Below are positions 12,966 through 27,781 of a DNA stretch of 64,000 nucleotides, piece after piece. Source of the stretch: the human T2T-CHM13v2.0 reference genome, Homo sapiens. A program made the translations under genes and the position numbers. Numbering within the stretch: position 1 is the first letter of the stretch; every line of letters starts with the position of its first letter. The notes beneath the pieces are model-generated. The model saw nothing but the letters and a program-made list of their open reading frames with translations. It searched no databases and was not told the origin of the DNA. The stretch lies in the NCBI RefSeq assembly GCF_009914755.1, contig NC_060933.1. One strand, written 5' to 3'.

Positions 12966-15473
12966 TTATAATTTTAAAATATTAGTCAGAAAAGTCCTCT
13001 TTAATTTGAACAGAAACCCTGAAGAATAAGGGAGCATTCTAAGTGGCTAACTAGGTATAGAGCATTTCAGGCAAGATGAATAGCATGTACAAAACCTGTT
13101 CAAAGAAAAGCAAGGAGGCCATCCTAGCTGGGGTGGAGCGAGCAAAGAAAAGAATGAGGAAAATTGTATCATATAAAGAATTTAATGCCCCTCTTCATTC
13201 ATAGTATGTGCTTAAGTAAAATTATTTATGAGCTATATGTCATGCATTCTAATAAAACATATTCAGTTAATAATTCTGTTCAGAGTTTTGTAAGATAAGA
13301 ATCCAGTATATTTTATATAGAGATACAGATGTAGATGTATATAGAGCTATATCCATTAACATGGAATTTGTATTTTAGAAATGAAATTTGGTCTCTAACA
13401 CTTTCAAATATTAAACTCACTACATGATAGTCACATATCTCTTGTGACACTTCTTTTCTCTTCTTTGTAGTCTGTTTTCTCTAATTTGGGCTATTGTTTT
13501 CATTTCATATTGTCAGTGATTTTAGTTGATGGTTCTGGATAAATTATTAACCTCCTTATTTTCTCTTTTTCATAAGATTACTTGGATTTCAATAAACAAT
13601 AAATGGCCTCAAAAGTGTTGGAAAAAGCATAATCTGCCAATGATTATGAATTATATTAATGTCATACACCTAACCTAAATAAAGCATAAATAAGTACAGT
13701 GAGAGGGTGAAAGATGTTTGAGAACTTGAGGGTTACCAAAAGTTGGGGAACCAAGCTTATCTGGAATACCGTAGTTTCTTTTAGTTTAAACAAATGCCTT
13801 CTTTTGTTTGTGTTTCTCGGGGACTGGAAATTATAACTGGAGGAGACAGCCATGGTGAAGGCAACAGGTCAGGGGAAGGGGCAAAAGAGAGGGCTCAGTG
13901 TACAAAAAGGACAGGTATGGTGTGATGAGGAAAGTAATCTAAAAGAAATCAAAAGCAAAGCTACTTGAATCCTGCAGTTAGGAGTTCTCATTTCATTTGA
14001 AAAACATTTTGGAGCCGCTGCGGTGATTGAGAAAGTGAGCTAGATGATAGTAATGACTTTCAAACAAGTTGATTCAAGTTGCTAGTCTGATGTCAAAAAG
14101 AATATTATTTCTTACACTGATGGTGCGAATCCATTGTTCCTATGATATGTCTTACAAAATGGCATGTGTGTAACAAACTGACTGGTTGAAATGAAATTGT
14201 CTTGCAGTGATCATTTTGTATTATCTTAGTATGCAATTATGTATTTGTGACCTTAAGACTGAGACATTCAGCGACATTTTTTATCATCTCTTGGCCTTCT
14301 TCTAAATGAGGAAAGTTGTAGATTTGGGATATATAATCATCTTTGCTACATCCCACTTTTTTTTTTTTTTTAAGAGAAAGAAGTGCTTTTTGAAATGACT
14401 CTTTAATAAACCCCGGGCAAAGGGTGTGGTGAGAAGATTGCTTCTTGAAAAATGTCAGGTCAGAAATTGTGCTTTGAGAAGCCTTCACATATTTCCTTTG
14501 TTTGACCAAAGTCTTTTCGTTGGTTGTTATTGCTCACCATGACTTCCGAAAAGCCATCTAACTTCCCATATTTGAATTTCTTTTTAGCATACAATTGCAG
14601 TCTTTGTATTTGCCATATAACTCCACAAACATTTAAAGAGAGCAAGTATACATAATTGTGGTTAGCATCTTGAGTTGCTGTACACCTATTATGCAAGCAG
14701 AATGACAGAAGCACTTAGGGTTTATAAATGACTTTTCCTCCTTCCGAAGTATTGTATTCATATTCTTTTTCTCGGCCCTGAAGCCAACTTAGAATTTTTA
14801 GTAGTCTTAAGAAGCTGTATTGTTTTTCTGAACCCACCGGAGGTTACAATGTATATGCTTTCTTAATATACTGTATGGGATGGTTTTGTCAGGAAATCAT
14901 CCGCTTCTTTTCATGTTTTACCTTCAGAAGTATATTTACAGCCAAAGTAGAAGATATGTATCCAGCTTGGTTCCAAAGTGCAATTCTATGCATCTTAGAA
15001 GCCTAAAACTCCCACTGAATTGCAGTCACATATCATGAAAGAATCAGAGAAGATAGCTAAAAACATGAGAAATGTCTGATTGTTTGACAGAGCTGCCACA
15101 CCTGGTTGCATAGGTTGTTAACTGCACAAGGGAGCCAAACTAAAGGGTTGAGTGGGTGGGGACAGAAATCTGGCCTTGGATCCAGTCACCAAGGAATGTG
15201 CCCTGCAGTGGGATGATGTCCACCTTAAGGAAAGAGGTACCTTTCTCTAATCGACAGAAGTCCCACATGGGCATCCCTGTTGCATGGAATTCTGTTGTGA
15301 TTTCTTCCAGAGCTAACAAAGGCACAGGTATCTTTTAAGAAGTATGCATCCAGAGATGGTTCTGTTCATTTTAATCTGCAGCCATTGCTTCAGTCTTGAT
15401 ACCCACAGAACCTGTTTCTTCATTGGCAAAATAACTCAGTGTTACTAGAGTCAAATAAAATTTTGCAATAGCT

Positions 15474-15811
<338 letters not shown>

Positions 15812-17136
15812 CTAAACAAAGTTTGAAGTAAAATCTCAGACTCTTAAGTGATCATAAGTGCCAAGCACAAATCTATAATTCTTTTCAGGTACTTTTTTTT
15901 ACATTCAACAAAAATGATGGAAGCTTCATGAATTCAAATGTATGATTCTTTCATTTGAGTTCCAGTAGAAGTTTCATATTTGGGGTGGAGTGCTTGTAAA
16001 CATTGGCATATGTTGGATACGTGAGCCCAGAGCAGCGGTGAAAAGGCTTCATTTGAAGTCTTCCATGATTATCGTCAACCTGTCTTGTGAAAATACCACC
16101 TCCCCCCCAGCTCATTTTTTCTACCAAGGCATAGAGCTTTAAATGTGAAAGGAATAAACTGTGATTGAGGTAAACAGGAGAAACTCTCTTATTGAAATTA
16201 ATACATGCATATCAGTTTGGATTCTGGCATCAGATATTCCTAGCACAGACTGCAGCACCAGTTTCATATCCCACATCAGGGACAGAGGGCTCTAACTTGC
16301 TGTGACCACACTGAGACCATGGTAAGTGGGCACTGTGGAAACTAGTTGAGGATCAATAAGAGGGCCCAAATAAACAAGATGAAAGGGGGCTTATGATTAC
16401 ATCTTTTCCAAATTTAATTTTACTAAAGATGGCTTAGCCTATCCTATTTTGTTATCTAGAGAGATCTTTGTATTGGTGCCAATGTCTGTAATATAAACCA
16501 AATCCAAAGGCTCAAAAAGAAATGCTGAAAATTAATCCTTCCCTGGTTCTATGCATGACTTCCAAGGCCAGTGCACCTAGCACTATAAAGTGAGACTCCA
16601 GGCAGTTGCTTTGCAGAATCCATCTGGATACATCTTCTGGGAAATAAATAGATCCAGACTCTTTTTTTTTTTCTTAGAATCTCAATTCAGTCTCTTTACA
16701 CATGCTCACATCTTGCTAGCCTTTGGCATTTCAAAGCAATTAAACTTCTATCACATGTCCCAGTAATGGCTTCAACAGGCTTCATTTTATGGTATTATAC
16801 CAGAAGACACAGTTCCCCCTGAAATTTCCAAAGTCATCCTTGAAAGAGCCAAAAAGAAAGCTATTGTGATCACTGCTGGATGTTAACAAATGGGAAGTTG
16901 CTCTTTGATACTCAATGTCATTCTTCCATCTATAAGTGCCTGGTTAGCTCTAATAAAAAAAAATAGCCAAAGCGTGAATATAAAATAAAGTATCTTTTCC
17001 ATATTAATATCTTCACACTCACAGAAAATCCCTGATAGAAATGACTGAAGAAGGTCATTTCTCAGCAAGAATATGGGAAAGTGTTAGGGACCAGATGTTA
17101 AACTTTCCTTCCAAGTCCAACATATAAATAAATAAA

Positions 17137-17185
17137 TATGTATATATACATGTATGTATATATATATATATGTGTATATATATAT
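17137..17185. repeat. (TA)n/(TATG) microsatellite
   Basis: Read directly. Confidence 0.9.
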
Positions 17186-18108
17186 TGCACATGATGTTTT
17201 AATGAGTTCTGAAGTTTTGAAGATGAGAGCAGTACTTTGTGTGGTTGACTTGGAAAAGATAAGTTATGTAGATGATTTCCTCATATGTTTTCCCCCTTTA
17301 TTACCTTGCAGGATTATTCTGAGGATTATGATTGATTTGAGTACCTTAGTGGAAAGAAATACTGTATGTCTTGTAGACCACAGTAATCAATGGATAAATA
17401 TATAGTAGAAAGAAATTCTGAAGACTTGAGCTTGAGTTTCTATGACTTTGCACAACTTCTTTTCATGTTCATGAGACCTAGTTTCTTCAGCTAGAAAATG
17501 TGAATAATACCATCTTGCTAATAAGATCATTGTGAAGATTTTATTAGCTACTGTGTAATAAAATACATATGTAAGATATGAATTTTGCCTCCCCTATAAA
17601 ATTTCCCCTCAGCCTCTCATTTTGTGAAGCATGCTCAATGCATTAAATGTGCTTCAGTTGTAGGGGCAGTAGGATTCAGAAATAGACAAGTCAGTGCATT
17701 TTCTGTTTTCACCTTTGTACACTGAGCATGATTTTTCATCTCAACTCAGTCAAACCCTGATTCTTTCCTAACAATGCCATATGTACTTAACGCCTTAAGT
17801 AATGTGCATTCAAAGAAGGAAGTATCTAGACTAATCTGTCCCTGAAGTGTGAGTGATAATGCAAGTCTAGGTTAATTAAGGGAACTTTTATCTTCTCAAA
17901 ATGTTTCTGTAAGAGAAGCAGAAATATTTGGGATAACCATATAAAAAGATACTGACATCATATACTGTGCAGTCAACTCTCATTTCTTTTGCTCCTGGCA
18001 TGAGGGAAAGGGTATTTGAGAATCATGCCTATAGAGTCTCAGGACCTATGCTGGAGAGGTTAGCCTAATTAATCAGACTTTGCCAGGAGATGCCATCCCT
18101 AATAACCT

Positions 18109-18283
18109 AAGTGTTCTCAAAGTGTGGTCCCCGGACCAACAATATACCAGCATCACCTGAAAGCATGTTAGAAATTCACATTCTGGGCCTTACCTCAAAA
18201 CTCCTGAATCACTGGGACTGAGAAATGTGTGCTTTAGCAAGTCCTGGGTGATTCCGATACACATGCAAGTTTGAGGACTACTG
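18109..18283 (+). mobile_element. MER5A-like hAT-Charlie MITE
   Basis: gtgttctcaaagtgtggtccccggacc...gcatcacctg...gttagaaat...aagtttgaggactactg. Confidence 0.85.
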
Positions 18284-18559
18284 TCCCAAGTCGCCCCCCA
18301 TATGTAATGAATTATCTTCTCTCCTGTGCATCTGGAAGTGCCATCCTTAGAAGAATAAAGTGCCATCCCTGGAAGAAACAAAAAAATAGTCTCTCAAATT
18401 GTGTTTTTCCTGCTGTTTCAATAAGGAAGTTGTGAAAGGTTTTCCCCAAACATCTCTTGTCAGTTGCTGAGCCATTTGCTCCCAGCCACATCTGTTCTTT
18501 TTTCTGTCAGTTGGACCATGACCCTATGTTTTCAAACTTTGTATCACTCGTAAAGGGGG

Positions 18560-19680
18560 AGAAAAGAAAAAGAAAACCTTTTCCATTCTACTGCCTTTGT
18601 TCCCTCCCTCCTTTCACAGCTAAAAATTCCCTGCAAGTAGTCTGAATTAGCTGCGTCCATTTCCTTAGTTCATTCAGTCCTTCTGTAATTCTTTGCAATC
18701 TTGTTTCTACTTTTATTGTTTCTACTTCCACCTTTGAAGGGAAATTATTCTACAACTTTGACCCATCTCCTGCTTGCCAAATCGGAAGACCTATTGTCTT
18801 CCTCTAGGATTCATGCTCTAGATCAACCCGGTCTAGATCTCTCTTTGTTTTTAATGATGCAAAGATACAGCCCTGGTTCTTTGGCTCTTTACTTATTCTT
18901 TTCTCCCTTTCTTTAACCTTAGCCATTCCCTGAAGTCTGTTGCTTAGAGAGGGAGAGAGAGAGGGAGGGAGTTTCTCTCTCCCTCTCTCTCCCTCTCTCC
19001 TTTCCTCTCCCATCCTCTTAATGCCACTGCTTTTCTTTCACATATCTGCCTTCTTTTCAGTTACAAGGATCATGTCTTCACCAAAGATTTTCAATTCTAC
19101 GTCTTCAACATTGACTTCATCCACTACCGATCTAGAATCTCTGCACAAGGCCCTCTCTATGTCATTTACAGCTAAGAACTTCTAAAACAGAAGCCATCAG
19201 TCATCTTTCACAAAACAACTTCTCCCCAAAGCTGGCCTCTGTTGACAGGGGATACCCTTCTGTCCATCACCCTGTTCCTGACTCCTTGGTCACCTCCAGT
19301 TTTAATTGCAAAACTCCATTGCTTCTTCCTTACCTGATCTCTCATTTCTTTCACCATTTCCATAACCTGGTTTATGATCTCACATGCCTGCACCATTGCA
19401 ATAGGTTCCCTGCCTTAGTCCTTCTGCCTCTGATATCCCGTATAACAAATCCCAGATTAATCTTTCCAGAATATCAATTCAATTATGTCATTTCCTTGAT
19501 CGTTGGCCCTCATTGCCTCCAGAGTAAATCCAGCCGTGCATTCCAGGACCACACAGCTTCCTTGAAAATGTCACCATTCCAAATATTCTGGTCTCATTAC
19601 CTTCTCTCCATGAATCCAAATCTTACTGAAGGATTTAAGAGCCATCTCAAGTCTTATTTCTTCTAAAAGAACATCCAGTT
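18560..19680 (+). mobile_element. Diverged L2 fragment
   Basis: Pyrimidine-rich L2-like tracts (tgaccc.tctcctgcttgccaaatc; tctcacatgcctgcaccattgcaataggttccc; attgcctccagagtaaatcc); boundaries approximate. Confidence 0.55.
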
Positions 19681-20937
19681 CTCAGTAATGGCTTACTTTT
19701 CATAAATTTTACAGAAATTTCCCTACTGACATCCATTAAGCTTAAAAATCATTTGAGTTTTATGAAAATAAAAGGGAATGCTCCTGAGAAGCCTACATAG
19801 TGGCAGAAACTGAGAAGGATATGTGGTAGCTTTCTTCCCAGTGAAATAGTGACATTCCCAGTGACAAGGAATAATTTTTCTTTGTTTGCCATCATCACCT
19901 CCAACAGTGGGTGAAGAAGGCTCCTTGTGAGGTCAGCTGATGGATGTGTAGCTGGATGAAATAACCAAATCTTTGTAATTACTATTAACCACTGAGTAAA
20001 CAGGCACTCACTTGAAATAAATGTCAACTAAATTCTCTATTCCCTTATCTTAGGAGAACTTAAGGGAAAAGCAAAGCAAAACTAAAGGAAAATTAAATAA
20101 AGAATTATCTAAAAGTAATATGTAAATAATCCACAAATAGGAATTTTGGCTGCCGGCTAACCAAAATCCCATTTCATTCATTGTTTGCTCAAGTTTTACA
20201 TCAAGAAGATCTAGGCTGGGGAACTGACATATGGTCAATCTAATCTTCAACTAGCCTTTACCCAAAGGCCCTTGTAGTACATTTTTTATCTTGTTCTCAT
20301 CTTTGTCCAGACAGTCATTCCTAAAAACAAGCAAAAATGGGATCTGGATATGATGTGGGTTACATGGCTGGGTCTCCCCAAGCTGGTATAGTAGTTTTCC
20401 TACTCCTGTTCAGGAAATACCCATCAATTATCTTAAGCAAATTACTTGCCTATTGTAACCATGCTGGGAGCAAATAAATGAAGACTGGTCAGAAGAAAAT
20501 AAGAAAATAATCTGACACTTTTTTCTTTTCTTAAAATGGATAGAGGCCCTTGACAGAAAGCAGACATATCTCCTTCTTGTTTTAACTCTGCAAATGAAAC
20601 AAATAGTAATAAATATGTTTCTGTATGTTCATACAGAATATAATAAATTGTGTGTGTATATATAAACATTATATTCCTATATGTGTATAATGAAGTACAT
20701 AGTGCGTGGAGAAGAGGAGCTCAGCAGTATTTTCCTGAACTCCATTTCCTTAGTCTGTACTAAAGAGCCTGTCTGACTATGTACAGCTGCTGACCAAACC
20801 CATCCCCAAGAGTAGCTTTGAAGTGCAGGCCCAGGAGACAGTATCTGGAAACTTTCCATGTGCAAGTTCTCAGTAGCACTGGTGACGGCTGGCATGTTTG
20901 GATCTGGCTGGAGTTGTTATGAGAGCCTGAGATTTTA

Positions 20938-21590
<653 letters not shown>

Positions 21591-22825
21591 TCATTTTGTT
21601 TTCATATTTAGCTGTTTCTTTTTACATTAAAAAAAAAAAAAAACTATACTTAGGTGTTTACATTATGCGTGTGGGACGTGGCAACTTGGGAAAGCGTCCC
21701 AGGTCCTCTCAGTTTCATGCTCTCCTCCTGTCCTGCACATTTGGCCTGGTTTGATTAGTAGGTGAGGGAGGCACAGGGTCCCTGGTGGGAGCAGTTATTT
21801 CAGAGCAGGTGGTTCAGCACATTGAGGATCAAAGAATCCAAAGGTGCTAGGACTGCAACAGCTGCAGGCAGCTCTTTGATCTCTGGTTCGGAATTTCTAC
21901 CCAGCCCACAGATCAAGCAGCCCTCCTCAAGAAGGGAATTTGGGTAACTACCTTTTATTCTGGTGGTTTACTTATAGGTAGATGAGAATAGCAACAACTT
22001 GATTGATGGCAGCTGACACCCAGCAATCATGGTTGTCTTTGAGTTCTCCTGCAGTCTGGTCTCACCCTCTATTCCCTGCACACTTACCACTCTCCCCTTC
22101 CCCTGCTGACCATTCACCCGACTGCAGGAATGCTGGTTTCCTCTGTGCCTCAACGAACCACAGAAAGACTTAATTATCTAACCAGGATGCTCAGTCCTGG
22201 CCCCTGCGATGTGCTACCTTCGTCCTCCACCTAACTAAATCCTACACATGCATGAAAGCACAATCCAAATATGGATCACTTTCCCCTCAGGTTACCTTAA
22301 CTGCAGATCTTGGCTCACATGGATTGAGTACTTACTATACACCTGGTTGCTTGATAGCCCTTGTATTTGACTGATTTCTTACTCTTTGGATGTCCTTTTA
22401 TACTTACAGTAATTATGCAGTTTGGTGCTTTTAATTGTTTCTCAAATTATAAAGTTATTCTTGTCTCACCTTCTACTTGAGTGAGAACACAAATTATTTT
22501 CTGTTGCATTTGGATCTCACTGTTGAGTATGGTGTTGAATACAGAGTAGGTGCTTTACAACCTGAGTGATATAATAATTAATTGGATCAATTATTAGCTT
22601 ATATTGGTGAAGTATATTGAAACTGATGCTTTCGAATAATCAAATAATTGAATCTAATTTATCGGCCACGTTTCATATTTTGATGGTTATGTGCATCCGA
22701 ACAAATAGAAATGTAGGTGCAGGATGCCTGACTGCCCTCTAGGAACTAGATTATTGATATTAACAGCTGGGAGAGTACTCTCTCTCTCTCCATAGTACTG
22801 TCACATTCTGATTTCAGTTGCACGT

Positions 22826-22934
22826 ACGGTGACCAGTCTCCTGGTTTGCCCAGGAATGAGGGAATTCCCAGGGCACAAGCATTTCAGTGCTAACATCAGA
22901 CAGTCCTGTGCAAATCTGGACATTTACTCTCCCT
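22826..22934 (+). mobile_element. MER81-like hAT-Blackjack MITE
   Basis: ggtgacca..tcctggtttgcccaggaatgaggg...tttcagtgctaa. Confidence 0.7.
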
Positions 22935-25900
22935 GGTCATAAGGAATAGGAGATATTTTAGCTGGGCTTTTACATTAAATACTCAGTAATGGATAGTGGT
23001 TACTAAGTTGCATTTTTTCAGGTATAGGCAAAATTTAAAGTTTCTCCTAGGCTCCTTGGAGAGAGTTTTTGTTGCTGCTTGTTTGCCTTATTTTATTTGT
23101 TTGCCCTATTTTATTTATTTGTTTGCGGGATGCTGCATAACACTGTGTTTTAGCAGAAAGGTCCTCTTTCACTTTAGGAAGCTCAAACTGTTTTCAACCA
23201 GTCAATTCCTTATAGAGTGATTTACTAATAATCGTGTTAGTGTCATCATGAAATATCCATTCAGTGTAATTTTTAAAAAATGTTAAATAGCTGGCTCCAG
23301 TAAGGACAGTCCACTAAAAGAGATGAACATATACCCAATTTTCCTGCTTACAGCTTCTTATGCCCAGAAACTTCTATTTTTTTTCCTGCTGAGCTTTCTA
23401 GCTTATCTTTAGAATAGAGTCTTTTAGGCTTCTTAGCCAAAGCTGTTACGTATATTAACTGAATCTGCTTTCAAACTATGCAATTACCTACTTGTGCGCC
23501 TAACAATTATCTTCTCTCAGCACTTCCGGTCTCATCAGAAAATAAGAATATACCTGCCAGAGAATATTAACTGTTTTCCTGTGTTCTCTTGTCCATCTGA
23601 CTATTCCAAGCAGGGAAGCCTTTGGATAGCTTTGAATAAAAACTAGCTGTACTTCTGGTGCAAGATGAAACGGCTTTCCTGAGCTTATGTGCATAAATGA
23701 GCCTATTTGTGAGACCTCAACTGATATCTTATACCTATCAAAATGTAAGCAGCCCTGAACTCTAAAGGAACAGATATAACAGTAGGCAAGTTTTGCAAAC
23801 CTCCTTTATTGAAACAGAGCCTGTCCTACCTCACTCCACTAAAAAATAAATTTACTTTCTGAAATGTACTCCAGTAACTCTGCTTCAAGATCTTTAATTA
23901 TTCTGTATACATAACTTGTTCCCTCAATATGTTTTTAATATTTGATTTTTGAATTTTAACTAAGATTAAAACTGAATTGAATGTTTCTGCCCCCACTCTT
24001 AGGAATGAAAAATTCTATTTGAACTGGTCGGGATTCCTGTTCACACCAATGTTAATAGTGCTCTGATTTCATGGAATTTTGCATTTTACACAGTGCTTGC
24101 ACAGAGTGGCTTCCACTTGATCGTCATAAAATTATATTCAGGCTCAGCTTTTGCTCTGAACTGGGTGTGAGAAATGTGCATAAATAAGATTACTTTCGTT
24201 ATGGAATGGCCGTATCGTAACCAACTGTTTGCATGGTATATTTGCTATAATTGTACATTGTAAAATGTGAATATTGGCTCTATCCTTGAGTAAATTTCAA
24301 ACGTTAAGGGTGCCTTTACAGAAATCAGTAATAAAAAGAACAGGCCTCTTAATTTCCCCTTACAATTCCCTGGTAAACGCTTTATGACACTTGGTGAATT
24401 AAATAACATTTCTCTTCTAGGCACCATTCATTCATTTCACAAATATTTATGAAAGCCCTGCTCCAAGCCAGGCATTTCACAGCCCCTGGAGAGAATCATA
24501 TTCTGAACCCTTGGGAGCCCCTCAGGGTAACAGTAGATGTGCAAGACAGACTTGACTCAAATGGTCACCAAAAACGTCAATGTTTCTCTCTTTACAGGTC
24601 ATTTTGAGTATGAAAATTGTATATAAAAAATTGTTAGTGCTTCCAAACTGCATAATGGCTCTTTCCCGTATTGACACCAGATTTTGAGGGAGTTCCTCTG
24701 CCCAACACATTTATTATGCAATTTCCCTTATTGACTTAGTGACCTTCATTGATCTACTCAGCAACCAGTTTTCTTGTTCATTAATATTATATTAGTATGA
24801 AGTTTTTTTCGGTTGACCAGTCTGCAGTTTAACTGTAGCTAGTCAGCCTCTCTTCCGAGCATCTACTTTGAGTGTTTCATGAACAGACATTGTCTCTGGA
24901 GGGTAGAAATTGAATTGGAAAAGGAAACAAATTTATGGCCTTCATAAAGTCTCAAGGTGCTTTTCTACTTAAGTGGTTAACAGGCATGAAGTGTTTGCTG
25001 TATCTGATTGTTCATGTTAATTTATGTCCTCATGGTTGTTAGGTGGACAGTTATGGAGGAGGGGAGAGTGAAAACAGGAGCCAGAGCAGCTGAGTGCAAG
25101 CATGGGCGCTCAGGTGGGGCACGTACCTGGTATTGCAGTGACAGCTCAAAGCCCTGGCCCTGTCCAAGTCCCCACCTCCCTTCTCCACGCCCCCAACATG
25201 CCAATCGAATCTTTCATCTTATTTCCCTAAACTGAAATAAAATGATGAGTTGTGCTAGTTTAAAACCACTTGACACTAGCATGGGGTATATTTAAGGACT
25301 GATCGGAGGTAGAGCTCCTGACATAACATCTTTGGTAAAAATTTCAATTTCCCCAGGGTAGGGGAAAAATACCATCAACTGTCCATGATGACCTGGTATA
25401 TAGGCTATGGTTAAATGATGAGTAAGAACATAATGATTCTCATGAACTTTTACAAAAGATCTCCACAGTTTAGTTCCTTAAGCCCAAATTTGACATTTCT
25501 TCTGTATCATGTGAGTACCTCTGTCCCTTTTTAATTACCCCTCATGATGTTACGGAACTAAAACTAAATATTCAGAATTGTTCATAGAACTTATCAACTT
25601 GTGATCAGGTTTTTGATAATTTTCATTTTGTTTATTTTCTGGATAAGATGTTTTAAAATGAATATGCTTACTTTTTAATTTAAAAAAATAATAAAAATTG
25701 CAGAAGTACCTGTATAAAACTCCCACATTTATCCGTGCCATAGCAAAGTAGGTTTACTTTTTTTATTTAATATGTCCTATCTGGCTAAGTACCTGATATT
25801 AAAGTAAGGAGACCTTACATTCATATGTTTCTTTACACAGATTTTCTCACATAGAGCTCAGTGAACTTAATAATGTAGATGAGATAGATCATAACATCCC

Positions 25901-26225
25901 CAAACAAGGAAATTGTGTATTATTTTCTGGTTTGCTAAGAATTATGTGATTAGCAAATCGCATAATTAAGGCAGTAATTTTTTCAACCTAGCACAGTGTT
26001 CGTTTTTATATACTATAGTTTATTTGTCCTCTATGTGCATCAAGTTCTGTTAACATAGAACATATAAAGAAACAAGACCCAGTTGCTGTCATCAAGCAGT
26101 TTATAATGCAGCTGGAGTAAAAAGACATATGCTGACAGAGAGAGTTAATTGGCAATGCAATTGATGGCACAGATAAAAGTGCAGTGCCTGATAACAGTGT
26201 GTGGTACATCAAAGGCATTCAAGAA

Positions 26226-26298
26226 ATGATGGATGGATGGAGGGATGGATGATGAATGGATGAATGGATGGATGGATGGACAGAAGGGCAGATGGATT
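26226..26298. repeat. (GGAT/GAAT)n microsatellite
   Basis: Read directly. Confidence 0.9.
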
Positions 26299-27227
26299 GA
26301 CAAATTAATTAGTTACCAGAGTAGAAAGGAGAAAAGTTCACTGGTCACAGATAGTCAAATTTCAGTAAATGTCTTTTGACTATTTCATTGGTCAGAGAGT
26401 ACTTCAAGAAGGAAAAGATAGACTAGCCAGGCCTTCAGGAACTTATAAGAGTAGGGCTTAACTCTGCAGAGAGAAAGAAAGAGGGGTTGTCAGGCCAAGT
26501 TCTCAGCCTGGACAAAGGCAGTGGGGCAGAAAGAGCAGCCTCTGACTGGGGTCTCTAAGAGGGGCCTTCCTAAAGCAAAGGTTTGGTGATGAGGTTGTTT
26601 TGCAAGTAGAATGGAACTACATCTGAGCACATCGCGACAATCAAGCTGATGTATTTAAGTAATCCATAAGTATGGGCAGCTACATAAATGTTTGCATAAA
26701 GTCATTCATGTGATGATAATAAAAAATGTTTTAGACAAAAACTGGAAATATGACATAGTGTTGAATGTAAAGTTATAAGAGACAGTTCAATAAGAAGTGG
26801 AGATTTTAAGTGCCAACTGGAATTTTAAAGTATTTTTAGAAAGATCTGCCATGTATATATTACTGTATCAGTCAAGTATTCCTATATCTAATTGAAGTTT
26901 CTGAGACAGTTATGTCAAATTCAGCTTTAGATCAATAGGTTTGCTAACTGAGAACCAAAAGATTCAAAGACCTGAAGGTGGCATAAAAGTCTAGAGGCCT
27001 CCAAATATTTCCTGGATAAAGTTTAATAAATTTTGTATATGCTAGAAGAAAGGTAATAATTTATGTCTTCTAAGGTAGTCAACCTAATTACTAGTTATGT
27101 CAGAACGTTAGCATCTCTTGTATGTAAGTTCTTCTTGCACTATGAGAAGTCATATACATTGTTACTTCTCTTTAAACCTATTAATTATTTTATCTTATGA
27201 AAGCAGTGATGTCATCACTTAAATGCA

Positions 27228-27460
27228 AGTGATTAAACAGTGGGGCCCTGGAGAAAAACTACGTGCATTAAAATCTAGTTCGACCAGTGACTTGCTAGTC
27301 AATCTTGGCCAAGTTTTTCTGTTCTTCAGCTTTCTCATTAATGAATGATGATATAATAATGGCACTAACATCTGAAGATTGTTGGGAGAACTAAATGTAA
27401 AACTGTAGACTAGTGCCTGGCATGGAGTAACAATTCATAAATGATAGGCATATTACTGGT
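27228..27460 (+). mobile_element. MIR
   Basis: cttggccaagtt...cagctttctcat...tagtgcctggcatggagta. Confidence 0.65.
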
Positions 27461-27663
27461 AGTGATAGATAGTCAATGAAAACTGTACATATGTCTTATT
27501 TTCTTGACATGACTATGTATTTGTTTTGCTGGATTTATTTCTCAAATCATTGCTGGAAAGATAGCTAGGATCCCATAGGGTGGTGTCTGGGGTCTCTACT
27601 GAGTGACGTTATAATTTGACCTATGTAGCTTAGTGAAGCTGACCAGTCTCTCGCTTTCCACAG

Positions 27664-27781
27664 TGAGCCATCTTTATGGATTTGGACTGATGGACGCAGA
27701 AGCCATGGTGATGGAGGCAGAGAAGTGGACCACCGTTCCCCGGCAGCACGTGTGTGTGGAGAGCACAGACCGACAAATCAA
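27664..27781 (+). CDS. PCSK5: PCSK5 coding exon (probable exon 11): (V)SHLYGFGLMDAEAMVMEAEKWTTVPRQHVCVESTDRQI(K)
   Basis: ctttccacag| acceptor, AA|gtaatg donor, 118 nt, phase 1->2; SHxYGFG convertase motif; not in the ORF track because it is short. Confidence 0.97.

Noticed and set aside
17287-17312. Strong orphan acceptor ttttccccctttattaccttgcag
   Set aside because: No convincing partner donor nearby; such pseudo-sites are common.
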